A stretch of 64,000 bases of DNA. Origin: Phoronis australis (taxonomy: Eukaryota > Animalia > Phoronida). The translations under genes were made by a program, and so were the position numbers. Position 1 is the first letter of the stretch; each line of letters starts with the position of its first letter. Below, in pieces: positions 52,929-64,000 of the stretch. The notes below the pieces were generated by a model. That model did not search any database. It worked only from the letters and a program-made list of their open reading frames with translations, and was not told where the DNA came from. The stretch lies in assembly GCA_002633005.1 (NCBI GenBank), contig NMRA01000036.1, positions 372,001-436,000 on the forward strand. Direction: 5' to 3'.

Positions 52929-54596
52929 AGGAGCATGCCACCCCAAAAACAACCTAATTTGTATCAATTTAGATCGAGTAGTTCTACTCCATGACGACAC
53001 GTACGGTTGCCTTACCTGACACCTGACGGCAGACGGAGGTGTTGAAATTACCCAATGACGTCATCGGTTTCACACACAGTCTTTCAGCAGTTCACAAAAC
53101 GGGATACTGGTGTCAGCTTATGGCTTGAAGTCATCGTTTAACACCAATAAATCATCTAACTTCCATGTAAAACCCTTAAAAATACACCGAGTTCTTATAA
53201 AAACGTGTTGTTCTATTTCGCTCTTACGGATTTATTGGTATTTGGACACACTGTAGCCTACAAAGTTCGGCAGGCCAATAAGGTCCGTAGCAGGAGTTTG
53301 GGGTCTGTTCGGAGACAATTTCGAAGTATATTCCATGAGATAAAGACAGGAGAACCTAGATCTGTGTTGTTTTGAGTTGTGATTTTTTGAGTTCTAAACA
53401 CGAAACGCTTGTTATCCTGGCCAGTGGCTCGGGAGCCCGATCAGGCCCGTCGCGGCCGGCCGGATTGACTCGTTATCCCGGCCAGCTAGTGGCTCGGAAA
53501 CTGATCAGACATCACGAACATAAACCAGCCAAATTTCAGTGGAAACTAAACTTCCAGTCAAGAAAATACTATACTAGTGAGCCAAGGTAATGTGCACGTG
53601 CTTATGTTGGTAATTAGCCACGAAACTGCAAATCTACTTACTCGTCGGGGGCCGCGAATTCAGTTTCCGCTTTGGCCACAGCACCGTCAGGGCAGAAATT
53701 GTACATTGACAATCATTATTTGAGTAATGCAAATGTAAATAAAGATTCCCCTAACACCTGGCCGTTGGATGGAAATCGAGTTGTTTCACAACAGTTTCTG
53801 CCAGCAAACACTAAATTAGCATGAGCTCACACGGCCTCTGTGTCCCGTCAATTAGTTTTATTGCACCTAAAGCCGGTAACGCAGTGATTTATTCATTGTT
53901 GGCTTCTCAAATTATTTGCACTCACGAACACTCCAAAGGCATGACAAATTGCATCTAATGAGTCAGACTTTGTTTCAGTTTTATGTAAGCATTGGTTAGG
54001 GTGAGAATAATTCATTTTGAAACAGAACGCTGAGTAATAAACGCATATCGACTTAGGACGAGCTAGAGCTCATCAGTCCCGACTTCGCAGGTGGATCGTT
54101 AAATTGTACAGGCTATTAATACGAACAGGAATACAGTGATGAAGAAATACTAGAGAGGCGGCGTGAACAAGCTCAGACAACGGAACGTATGGAGTTATTT
54201 GTTAAGCCGGCATTCGTCAGGCACTGTCGACGTCTGCAGGCCACAGACACGGAGATGTTTCACGGCCTCATACTTGCTATTTACAGCGTACATCTCATTC
54301 TTCACTAACATGAGCCACTTCCTAAGCATTTCGGACTCTCCAGGAAGTAAAATAAAAACGATATACCCGTTTTCCTCGCAGCTGCTTAGTTCGAACAAGC
54401 GGGAACGATGCACCGCAACATAGCGGCATTCACTCTGCATATATGAACCACTGACGTCGCTAGCGTCGTTTCTTACCTTTCTCACAGGTTAACGCGACAC
54501 CTCTTGGCAAGGTAAGGTCGACCGTATGCGAGGCGATGTGGAAATAGACCGATTAAGACGGCAAAAAAAACTAATTAAATCGGGTGGCATTTTCCT
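52929..54596. mobile_element. Kolobok-like non-autonomous DNA transposon, 1668 bp, both ends intact
   Basis: TTAA|AGGAGCATGCCACCC ... GGGTGGCATTTTCCT|TTAA: 15-bp imperfect TIR with TTAA TSD. Carries a decayed THAP domain and is homologous to 1-759. Confidence 0.8.
54230..54429 (-). pseudogene. Decayed THAP zinc-finger (transposase N-terminus)
   Basis: Across frameshifts: MPLCC / ACSN*..RKTGISF / LPGESEMLRKWLMLVK...HLRVCGL. This follows the THAP pattern M.xC.V..CSN...GISF..FP....KW....RVC..HF; the terminal HF is lost. Confidence 0.7.
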
Positions 54597-55700
54597 TTAA
54601 GGGGACGCTTCGTTGGGGACTGCGATACGGGGATTTTTCCTCTCAAAAAACCCTCTCAGAAGGCAAAGGCACCTATACCTCAGGTGAGCGAGGACCATGT
54701 AATTGATCAATTATAGGATAAAATTGCCGTTTCCGTACCATAAGAGAAGACGTTTCGCCGCAGGGGCAACCTAATATCTTAGGTCTCCAGAACACATCTG
54801 AGATGAACAGCTGGACAGTCGCAACAAGTGCAGGTGGGTAGTGGTCTCGGGGAAAAACGATTTACAAAACGATTTATTGAAGGAAAAATCCTTTTCACTC
54901 ACCGTCTAAACGCTATAGTAAGCCTGGACGTTTTTCAGACACACAAAACATCTCCCATCCAACTTCTTACGTAATATGTTGAAAAAAGATGAGTCCCATC
55001 CCAAACATGAAATCTGTGTTCAGAGCATCGGCAAAGAAGCAGCATGTTTTGACCTAGCTGGTCCACCTCGCATCATTGGGCCGCTCCAAATCAATCACAA
55101 AAGATATACCAATTTACTTTGATGACAAAAAATCTATTTCTAACATCGCCAAGACCAACTTGTGACAGTTACAGGTGTATGTGTTACTTTCATGATTTTC
55201 GTTTTCAAGGCCTTAAGTGGGAAGGAAACCTCCTCTTAACACAATCACACGTGTAGCTTATCTTGCCGATTCATATACGTTTAGTATGTTAATGTAAACG
55301 ACTTTAGTCTGAGGAACCTGTCAATTTTTATTTTGCACGAAGCACTCAGTCAAATCGTGGTATCATGTACAGTGTAAATCATGGCACATCATGGCACAGA
55401 GAAACACAAGAGCAATTAGGCTCATCGTTAAACTGAGAGTGCTTTACTGATTAGGTGTTTGAAGTTGGAATTGCTACGGTTTACAACGGAAATCAATGGA
55501 TTTAGACTTGCCTTTTTTCTTTTGAGAAACAACGCGTTAGTTTTCCACCTGAGTAGCCAGCATTGAAAGCGGTTGACAAACCCGCCTTTATTCCGTCACA
55601 AAAATCAACTTTTCATTTAGACTTCTTGTCCTTATGAAATTGCTCCCTAGTCAAACTGAGGTTATTTCAGAACTGACTGGTCATTATTGCTTGAGACCAG

Positions 55701-56411
55701 GGCCTAGAATCTAATCTTTGTACTCGAAACGAACTCGAAATTATATTTGGCAATTTCTCTGTTACTTTTGAGCGTGGTTATTAGACTGTGCTAGTATAGG
55801 CCTACACACGAGTTTCTAGTCCAAGTTTGCACTTGACGACCCTTATATTCAAGCAGCAAACTCGAGCAAAAACTCCAAATTTCGAGTTCAAACTATTGGA
55901 TTTATCAACTGCAAACTAGGACTAAAAAATTATCCACGTAAGTCACGTAGAAAATAAATCCGAAACTAAAAGAGGAGATCCAGGTCCTCTAAAGGATACA
56001 CTTGTGTGTCGAAAACAAGAATAAATATACGTAAATAAAAGAACAAAAATAGATCACTGAAATTTTCGGATATAATAACATCCTTCGTCAACAGAAACAG
56101 AAATGAGGTAAAATCAAACACTATATGACAACAATATATCATGCTCATTACGCCATATATCAGATGTCAATTGTCACATAGTGTTTGATTTTACTTTATT
56201 TCTGTTTCTGTTGACGAAAAATGTTATTGTATCCGAAAATTTCAGTGATCCGTTTTTGTTGTATTATTTACGTATATTTATTCCACGTAAGTCATTATGT
56301 ACTCGAGTATAGAATAACAGACACATATTTTGAGTTCGCACAAAAGTAGAGCAGAAAATGCCAAACAAAATTTCAAGTTACATTTCGATTAAAAAGATTA
56401 GAACCCAGGCC
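55701..56411. mobile_element. PIF/Harbinger-like MITE with a nested insertion
   Basis: CAG|GGCCTAGAATCTAATCTTT ... AAAGATTAGAACCCAGGCC|CAG: TIR with a 3-bp CAG TSD; homologous to 10784-11142. Confidence 0.72.
55946..56281. mobile_element. Fold-back insertion flanked by a 13-bp direct repeat
   Basis: TCCACGTAAGTCA at 55933-55945 and 56282-56294; internal inverted arms 56019-56131 / 56171-56283. Confidence 0.75.
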
Positions 56412-59400
56412 CAGACTCTACAAGCTGGCTTGCAATCACGACGTGTCATTTATGGGCCGGGCATGGTATCAAAGAATAACAAAGGAACACTTTGAAAGCA
56501 GTCACCGTTAAGTGGTCTCAGTCAAAAGTTCGCTTCTTAGACGTACGCGGGAGCGATAGTGTATAGCCACTTTCTTTTAGTTTGACATTTGTAAAAAGAG
56601 ATGGTGTACTTTATAGGCTTAGAAATCTGCAACTTTAAACTGAGACAAAACAAGTTTGAGACTATTAACAAACCAAAAGATATTCCCTGTGAAGTTCACC
56701 CTGGACACAGAGCGACCGTGGAAAACAGTTCGCCTTGTTTCTGAACTAGAGTTCTGTTTTCTAACTAATGCAAAGCAAAATAAATCTATACTGGCCATTG
56801 AAATATAATTCCATGCACTAATGTTTCCGATGGGTTACTGCTTGTGAGCCGGGCGGAATGTGCGCGCGCAGTTTCTCTTCTAGCCGTACTGTATGTCTAT
56901 ACTCATTCAGAACACCCCTGGTATTTTCGAAGCCTCAAATTATCGCTTGGTCAACGTTATCTGCACATGCGCAAACGTCATCGCATGGCCAGAGACCGTA
57001 ACGTCTGTAGTATGACCATTATCCAGCTTGAAATTCACACGGAAGGAGTCCGCATATGTGCAGATAGCGTTGCCCGAGGGGAAATGCCTGGCGTGTTCCG
57101 GATGATGTCTATCCTCATCTGCAATATCTTGGCTATTTTCTTATCTCAAATTTCCCCTCGAAAGTGAACGTTATTTGAGCAAGTACGGGCTACAGTCATA
57201 ACGGCCCGGAACCATTCTCCACTTCTAACTGACTTACGTACATGCGCATACAACATGCATCTTCGAGGAGAAAATTGAGGCTACAAAAATACTCGAAGTG
57301 TCCCGGATGGTCTACCCTCTGTCACAGCGTCACTTCTGGAAGATAGTGTTTGTTGAGAACGAGTGAAGTATTTCTTTTATATAGCTGTTGTTGCGTAATT
57401 TCTAGATTTGCATGCCTCTGAAAACACACTGAACGAGAAACACTACACTGAACACGTACCTAACGCAATCATTCCCACTTGTGGAATTTACGAAATATCC
57501 CGTTGCTACGACACGCCACTTTGGCGAACATTCAAGATCTTTGGCTGATTGCTCACATGGGAATTTCTCAAACCAGAAATTATAGATGATTAGAACATAG
57601 CAGGACACGTTTTAACAGTCTCCGTTCATATGAGAGAGGGATCACATTTCTTCCCCAAGGGGAAGTCTTAGTGCTTATCTTACGTGAAAATGAACAACAC
57701 TAGCTGAAAAAATGTCATTTTCCCTCAAGCAAAATATTGAGAAAATAAACAGCAGGGCTAAGCAAAACAAGAAAGGTCACTGGTTGACTTCAGTCTCGTG
57801 TTGCAACGATAACGAGGCGAGACATGTTCGAACATTGCTCCAGGGCATTACGTCAGTGCCCTTTGATTAGCTGAACACATCTTGTTGCTGATTTAAAAAA
57901 ACAAGAAAGTGCCGCGGGCGCAGGAAATGTAGCGGACTGTCAAGCACACGTGAAAAGAAGGGGGCTATATACGGACACTCCATGAATTAGTGCTTGTAGA
58001 AAAGAGGCCTAGTTTGAACAGATACCTGAGTTATGAGCTTGAAGAAATAACAACCTGCCAATTATTTTGAAGCCTTGAAAGCACCTGCAATTTGATTAAG
58101 GAAGTTCAATTTGAAACCAGTTTCATAACTGTAAGTGGCCAAATTCAAGACACGTTTTTTGACATAACGCACAGATTTAATGCCGCTTTAATTTTGTACT
58201 TAACGGATTAGCAGCAAGTGAGTGCAACACGACCGGACATGGGTGCAAGGCAACTTTTGAAGAATGTTGCAGATTCTTATCAAGTGACCACGTAAATGAT
58301 GGCGCCGTTACGTACTGAACGTAAACTTGCTTTTGATTGGACATAACGAATAAGTAATTCAACAGGCTGATTAAGTAAAACTACGCGTTGATTAAGAAAA
58401 ACTACGCGTTAAGCAAGAGTAAGCAAAACTAGACATTTCTACGGGCAGAAAGGAACTCGTTTAAGAACCCTGTAGCGCTTCATACCAATCACACTAGATC
58501 ACGAGTACAAGTAGGACTACGTAAAATGCCGCTAATTCCCGAGAGTTATGAATACGACAATGTCATACACTGGCAACAAATCGACACTAAGTCGTCTTAA
58601 TTGAATAAATAATCGATTTCTAAGGCGTGTAACTTGAATACAACAAAAATAAAACTTAATTTTATAGAAAATTGGCTTCTAAGGCGTGTCCAAGAAGAAC
58701 AAATGTCTCCCTGCGAACCAGTTACGTAGGAAACAGGTTTACTCGCTCTGTGTCGTTAAAATTTGCAGACAAATAAGCGGTTAGCAACAATTAGGTTTTA
58801 AATGTCCCACTGAGCTCTTGTTATCAAAGCTCGATATTCTCCAGAAAAACAGTTGGAACTCAAGCCATCACCGACGTTACAGTACATTTGATGTTAAAAA
58901 TCAAGCTGCGTTCGGTGTGATTATTGAGTTCAGTGTTTATTGAAACAGTACTCGAGTACAGGCACTTTTTCAAACCATTTCTAACACGAAACGAAAGGCG
59001 AACTGCACATGCATATCGTGTCTTCCTTTGTTTATTTTTCATTAACCGTATGTTGTATTTTCATTAACCAATTACTTCTTTAACGGACTTTGCCACAGAG
59101 TTGAATGATTTCTTGCACTAAATATCGTGACCACGGTCCTTGCATTTACACGTTTCGAATCTCATTGCTAGCAAACGAACGCAGTACAACAGGAATGTTT
59201 GGGAAATTACACACTATCTTCCAAAAACTACAAAAAGTAAAAAGCCTTTCAGACGTATCTCGCTGTCTGTTTACTGTTTAATACCTAAGATATATTATCA
59301 AACTAAGATCATTTTATTTTCATGTTATGATTCATGAACTTGCATTTGCAGTAAATATCACCGACTTCAGCTAATCATTTCACTTTTAAGCGATTTCAAA

Positions 59401-59726
59401 ACTGATTTTACATCACTAACCTAGCGAATTTTGCTTTATAACAGCCCACGCATGATTGCTACAAAGTGACTTACTAGCACAAAGAAGGCCTCATTAAAAG
59501 ATGCCCCAAACTACCCTGTAATGGCACCTATTGAGGATCAAGAACTTGTAAGTCAACAAACAAATCACAAAAACAAACTCACCAAGATTGTGCATTCACA
59601 AACTGCTTTTCCTGTCATAACGTAGCTAGTAACGAGACAGGGTTAAAAGGCGCCTGCTAACGTCGCCACTTAATCATCTCTTTCTAAGTACCATTGTTGA
59701 GGTTTCGAATGCCATTGCTTAGACCT

Positions 59727-59879
59727 GGCGTGCGTTCAGTAGACGCCAGGACCTACGCTAGGACCTACCTAAAACCTAGTCAAAGTCACGTGCTCTCATT
59801 TAAAATGCACGGCAATATCTCACGTAATCTCGCGAAGTCTTGCTTTTTAGCGAGGTCCTAGCGTTACTGAACGGGAGGC
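59727..59879 (+). mobile_element. ~153-bp MITE copy
   Basis: Near-identical to 61872-62023 and to the reverse complement of 28182-28334. Confidence 0.85.
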
Positions 59880-60414
59880 AGTTCTGGCTCAAGACTGCGT
59901 GACCCAGGAAGTCAGACATCCCGTCATGCAAAGGTTAACAAAATACCGCCGGTCTTTCACGTGCTGCGAACAGTTCTTCCGCTCATGTTTAAAGTGACAT
60001 TATCGGTGTGAAAAGTGATTTTCTGATATCAGCCTCACCTAATAATAGAATGCTGCACCTTCGCGGTCGCAGTCAAATGTTTTGTTGGCGGAGCTAAACT
60101 CAGTTCGTTAAATGAGAGTGTTTTAAGGATACTCTTTCCTTTGCATTCACAAATTTAGGACACAGGATAAGTTCATACTCGATAAGTTTCGTCAGTCGAA
60201 AGATATCCCTAAAATTTAAACATTTCGTAAATTTCAGTCCTGTTTGTGTTTGCCTTATTTTTATTATTTTAAGTGAGCGGGGTTTCCGCAGTTGAGTGAA
60301 GTCTTACTGAGGAGCAAAATTCTTTAGACATAGGCATAGACGATACAGTCATTACCTTGTTAACGTTTTTTACCTCCGTGGTTCGGCAGTCATTTTCTGA
60401 ACAATGGCGTTGTG

Positions 60415-60580
60415 TGTCTGGTTGAAATTGTCCCAAGTATCTGTTCATGTACTAATTACATATTTTCATTCGAATAGCTTCTTTGATCCACCAAATTAAC
60501 CTGCTGTCAATGACCATGATAGAAAAACTGTCCCAATCAAATGAATGATTTTTGCACCCATAATGCATGAGTTAGCTGTC
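60415..60580 (-). pseudogene. Penelope-like retroelement GIY-YIG endonuclease C-terminal remnant
   Basis: Hand translation HYGCKNHSFDWDSFSIMVIDSRLIWWIKEAIRMKICN*YMNRYLGQFQ matches the PLE pattern H....H..DW....I.......R.IKEAI.I......MNRD.G; contains a stop. Confidence 0.75.
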
Positions 60581-61626
60581 ACTCACTACGGTATCCATTT
60601 AAGTGGTGGTGTACCACCAAAAATGACAGATAAACTAAAAAATCCTATTAAAGTATGTGGAGTTCTGTTGAATCAGCATTCTCCGAATCATTTTACGATT
60701 TTTTAATCTAAATGAAGTGTCTTTAACTAGTAAAAGCACCGGCCTTGATTTCAGGCATTGTCTGACAGACAAGGACTAGAATTGCCAATTTGTAAAATCA
60801 TAGTAACACGACCGGTTTTATTGTTTATAGTTTTAGTCAACTAAGCCAATAACTTCAAAAAGTCTATCTCATCCAGCGACAACATCAAAAGCGTTTTCTG
60901 GCGCAAAAAATTTAATATCCCTGCAGTTACCACTGAGAACTGAAAAGGATGATCATCTTTTTGATTTAGTTTCAGGGATAAAACCAAGTGTATCCGATGT
61001 AACGTCAGGGAACCGTTCTCTTGAGGTGAACAGTGACATGCCTGTTTTCCCAGTAACCTCTCGTGATGGATACGGGAAGACAATCAATCCATGGATACTT
61101 TTATAAATAGAGAAACATTATACAAATAAACGGCTTAATGATTCTCGATCAATTTCAGACTCCGTTTACTATCTGTATCACTTCGACGTGTGCCAACGTA
61201 CGTCAATAAACAGTCATGGGCGGCGCAGGAACGAAATAAGTGGGGGCTATAGCCCCAGCCACAGCTATGGTGTGCCGCCTGTGTGACCATGGGGGTCGCA
61301 GCACTTAAATAAGTGGGGGTACACCCCCATGCGTGTGTGGTCTTGCCTTAAAGGTTCTGTTGATTGAAAGGTTGCAATTATTGACCCCTTAGTGACAAGC
61401 TTTTTTCTCAGTCGGCTGTAAGTTCTTAAACCTTTACTGCTTGCAAGCGGGAAATAGAAATTTAGAAGGAAATTCAGGTACCGTTCACACACAGGATTTC
61501 TAAAAATTCTGAGTGGTCGACATCCATTTTCACCTGATTTTTGTAATCTGGAGTTTTGGCGGTCTGAATGCACTCTATCTCAGTTCGTAGTAATCACATG
61601 CGAATGGTGGCTTTAGGGTGAAAGCT

Positions 61627-63140
61627 GCAGGTATCATTTAATTTAACTCGGGAAATTTTTTTACACCGGCGTTTCTGATTGGCTGACCGAATTCTCAACA
61701 GGCAGCGCTTTACGCAAACAAGCTGGCATGACTGATGGAGGAAGTGCCTAACTTCGGTTGTACAGGCAAATCGGTGCTTAAAATTCATGTTCAAGAAATG
61801 TGAATCCCAGAAAATTGTGGTTGCTTCTTTTCGGAGTGCATCTTTCTACTGTCGCTGACTGTTGCTGTCCTGGCGTGCGTTCAGTAGCGCTAGGACCTAC
61901 GCTAAGACCTAGCTAAAATCTAGGTAAAGTCACGTGTTCTCACTTAAAATACACGATAATATCTCACGTAATCTCGCGAAGTCTTGCTTTTTAGCGAGGT
62001 CCTAGCGTTACTGAACGAGAGGCAGCAGGCCTATTCATACAGTGTGAATAACACACATCGGCCAGATGACGTCGTGTTTATCAGTGTACATGTATGTGTT
62101 TCAGGCACGCGGCTATAAAACATTAGGCCTACTGCAGAAATTAAATAGCTGCTGCTACGTCACTGACTTGCATGACAAGGCCATTTTCTCACTTTGTTGT
62201 AAAGCTAACCAATGACTGTCAAGGTTACAGAAAGCAATGATAAAGGGCGGGCTACTCACTGGTTCCCTGTATGCCGCTAGGTGGTAGCCAGCACGCAGGT
62301 ATCACTTAATTTTCCTCGGGAAATTTCTTTTACACCGGCATGCATGTGCTTCAAGCACGCGGCTATTAAACATTACTGCAAAAACGAAATAGTTGCTGCT
62401 ACGCCACTTGCATGACAAGGCTAAAATTCGTTCATAGTCCGCCATTTTTCACGTTTGTTGTAAAGCTAATCAATGACTACCGAGGTTACCGTTCAACCAA
62501 TGATAAAGCGCGTGCTACTGCGTGATACTTGCGAGCTGGCTAGACACGTAGGTAACCTCGCTCGTTCCTTGCGTGCCGCTAAGTGGTCGGTAGCCATCAG
62601 GTAGGTATCACTTAATTTTCCTCGGGATTTTTTTTTTACACCGGCGTTTCTGAGTTGCTACCGAGTTGAATTCTCAACAGGCAGCTCTTTACGCTAACAA
62701 ATTGGCATGACTGATGGACCGAAGTGATAATGTGGTCTGTTGTGCAGACAAATCAGTCCTTAAAATTTATGTTCGGGAAATGGGAATCCTAGAAATTGTG
62801 GTTGCGCCTTTTCGGGGTACATCTTTCTACAGTGTCAATGACTTTTGTTTACGATACTGTACTGTATACATACAGTATGAATAACACACCGGTTAAATCG
62901 GTCAGATAGTTGCTGCGACGCCACTTGCATGACAAGGCTAAAAATCGTTCACAGTCCGCCATTTTTTTCACGGTGTTGTGACGCCAACCAATGACTGCTG
63001 AGGTTACATCAACCAAATCTAAAGCACGTGCCACTGCATGATACCTGCGTGCTGGCTAGGCTCGTAGGGAACCAGCGAGCGCGTGCTACTGCCTGTTACC
63101 TTCGTGCTGGCTACGAAGCGGCACGCGGGGAACCAGCCAG
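61627..63140 (+). repeat. Tandem array of ~3 diverged copies of a ~550-bp unit
   Basis: Boundary motif G(C/T)AGGTATCA(C/T)TTAATTT..CTCGGGA at 61627, 62295 and 62601. Unit 1 is interrupted by a MITE and unit 2 is internally deleted. Confidence 0.85.
61872..62023 (+). mobile_element. ~152-bp MITE copy inserted in the tandem array
   Basis: Family match to 59727-59879; absent from the equivalent position of unit 3 (about 62850) and of the monomer at 16715-17265. Confidence 0.85.
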
Positions 63141-64000
63141 CAGTGCTAAGACCCTCTGAATTGCAACGTCCTCTGTCGGAAACTAATCTTGTGTATGAGT
63201 TTAATATTGTCCGATGGACTGAAGTCTCCATCTTTGCAACAGAGCTCAAGATATGTTGGCCACACGACACCGGTTCCTCGCCGGAGTCTAGGCGTCTGCG
63301 TGAGCTATCACCTGTAAGGGATCTTTCCACGAACACTGCATGCAGACTCATGGTTCTAAGATGACAAGGCGAAACTGAGACTAGAACTGTCATTCATGTT
63401 CGTGAGCGGGCCACAAAACAGTCAAAACTCTTAGAAGCCGTAGTCATAGAATTCTAAAAACAATATGACACTGGCCTCAGTAGCATTCATGAGTTATATA
63501 AGTAGTGCGATTTCTTACTCATAATTTGTTCTATTTGTATACTATAGTCCTGAGTTATCTGCAATTGCCGCCAGATGTTGCCCTATCTTGTATGTCTTTG
63601 ATATTTAAATTGTTAGCACACGTGGTTATATGTGATATTAGTTTTTCGCGGACTTGTATCGTTTTAGTTTTGGCCTGAGAATGAACAAACGTATGTTCAA
63701 AGATCCGTAACCAATAACTTATTGAATAAGTCTATGTTGGATTTATGTGTTGTCTTGTTGTCTATGCGATCGACAGTTCTTCATGAATTAAACTGCGCCC
63801 AAACTTGGATTTTATTGCGTAATTTGAACGTGTCGAATTCAAGATCGTGCTCAGTTCATCGAGTCAGATTTTCAACATTTTACTTTGGGACTATGGCTTA
63901 TAATACTGAAGTAATAATCCAAACAACCTTCGGCTTTTCATTGGCGATTACGGAGACCTACGGCGTCACGTGTCACTATATTCCGACGCAATGTCCGTGC

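Noticed and set aside
43133-64000. Numerous 60-180 aa ORFs in the right third of the window
   Set aside because: No recognisable domains or consistent exon chains apart from the THAP and GIY-YIG relics. Small exons of an unrecognised gene, including the first exon of the corin-like gene, cannot be excluded.

Overview
Eukaryotic (bilaterian invertebrate) draft-assembly DNA, AT-rich and dominated by introns and repeats, with N gaps at 30995-31728, 34198-34742 and 42846-43132. Nothing prokaryotic is present: no operon, CRISPR array, rRNA or tRNA. Two convergent host genes can be supported. (1) + strand 9927-10538: a secreted neuropeptide precursor of the CRH/DH44/egg-laying-hormone (ELH) family, with one intact amidated peptide and a second copy ending GER instead of GKR. 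(2) - strand about 40397 to 23678: a multi-exon type II membrane protein (cytoplasmic tail, TM, SEA, two Frizzled CRDs, three LDLa repeats). It is corin-like, but I found no SRCR or serine-protease exon. I assembled the exons by hand from GT-AG sites with matching phases; the start exon and one SEA exon were not located. The rest is transposon debris: a DIRS/Ngaro-type tyrosine-recombinase pseudogene, Kolobok-like TTAA elements (one with a decayed THAP domain, one inserted into the end of a relative), Penelope-like remnants, several MITE families, mini/microsatellites and a ~550-bp unit found both as a monomer and as a tandem array. The most notable Penelope-like remnant is an intronic fold-back carrying a minimal hammerhead ribozyme that is intact only antisense to the host gene. 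I cannot claim a wholly new biological system; the best leads are the hammerhead fold-back, the two-peptide ELH-like precursor and the apparently protease-less corin-like protein. All family assignments come from motif recognition by eye, not database searches.
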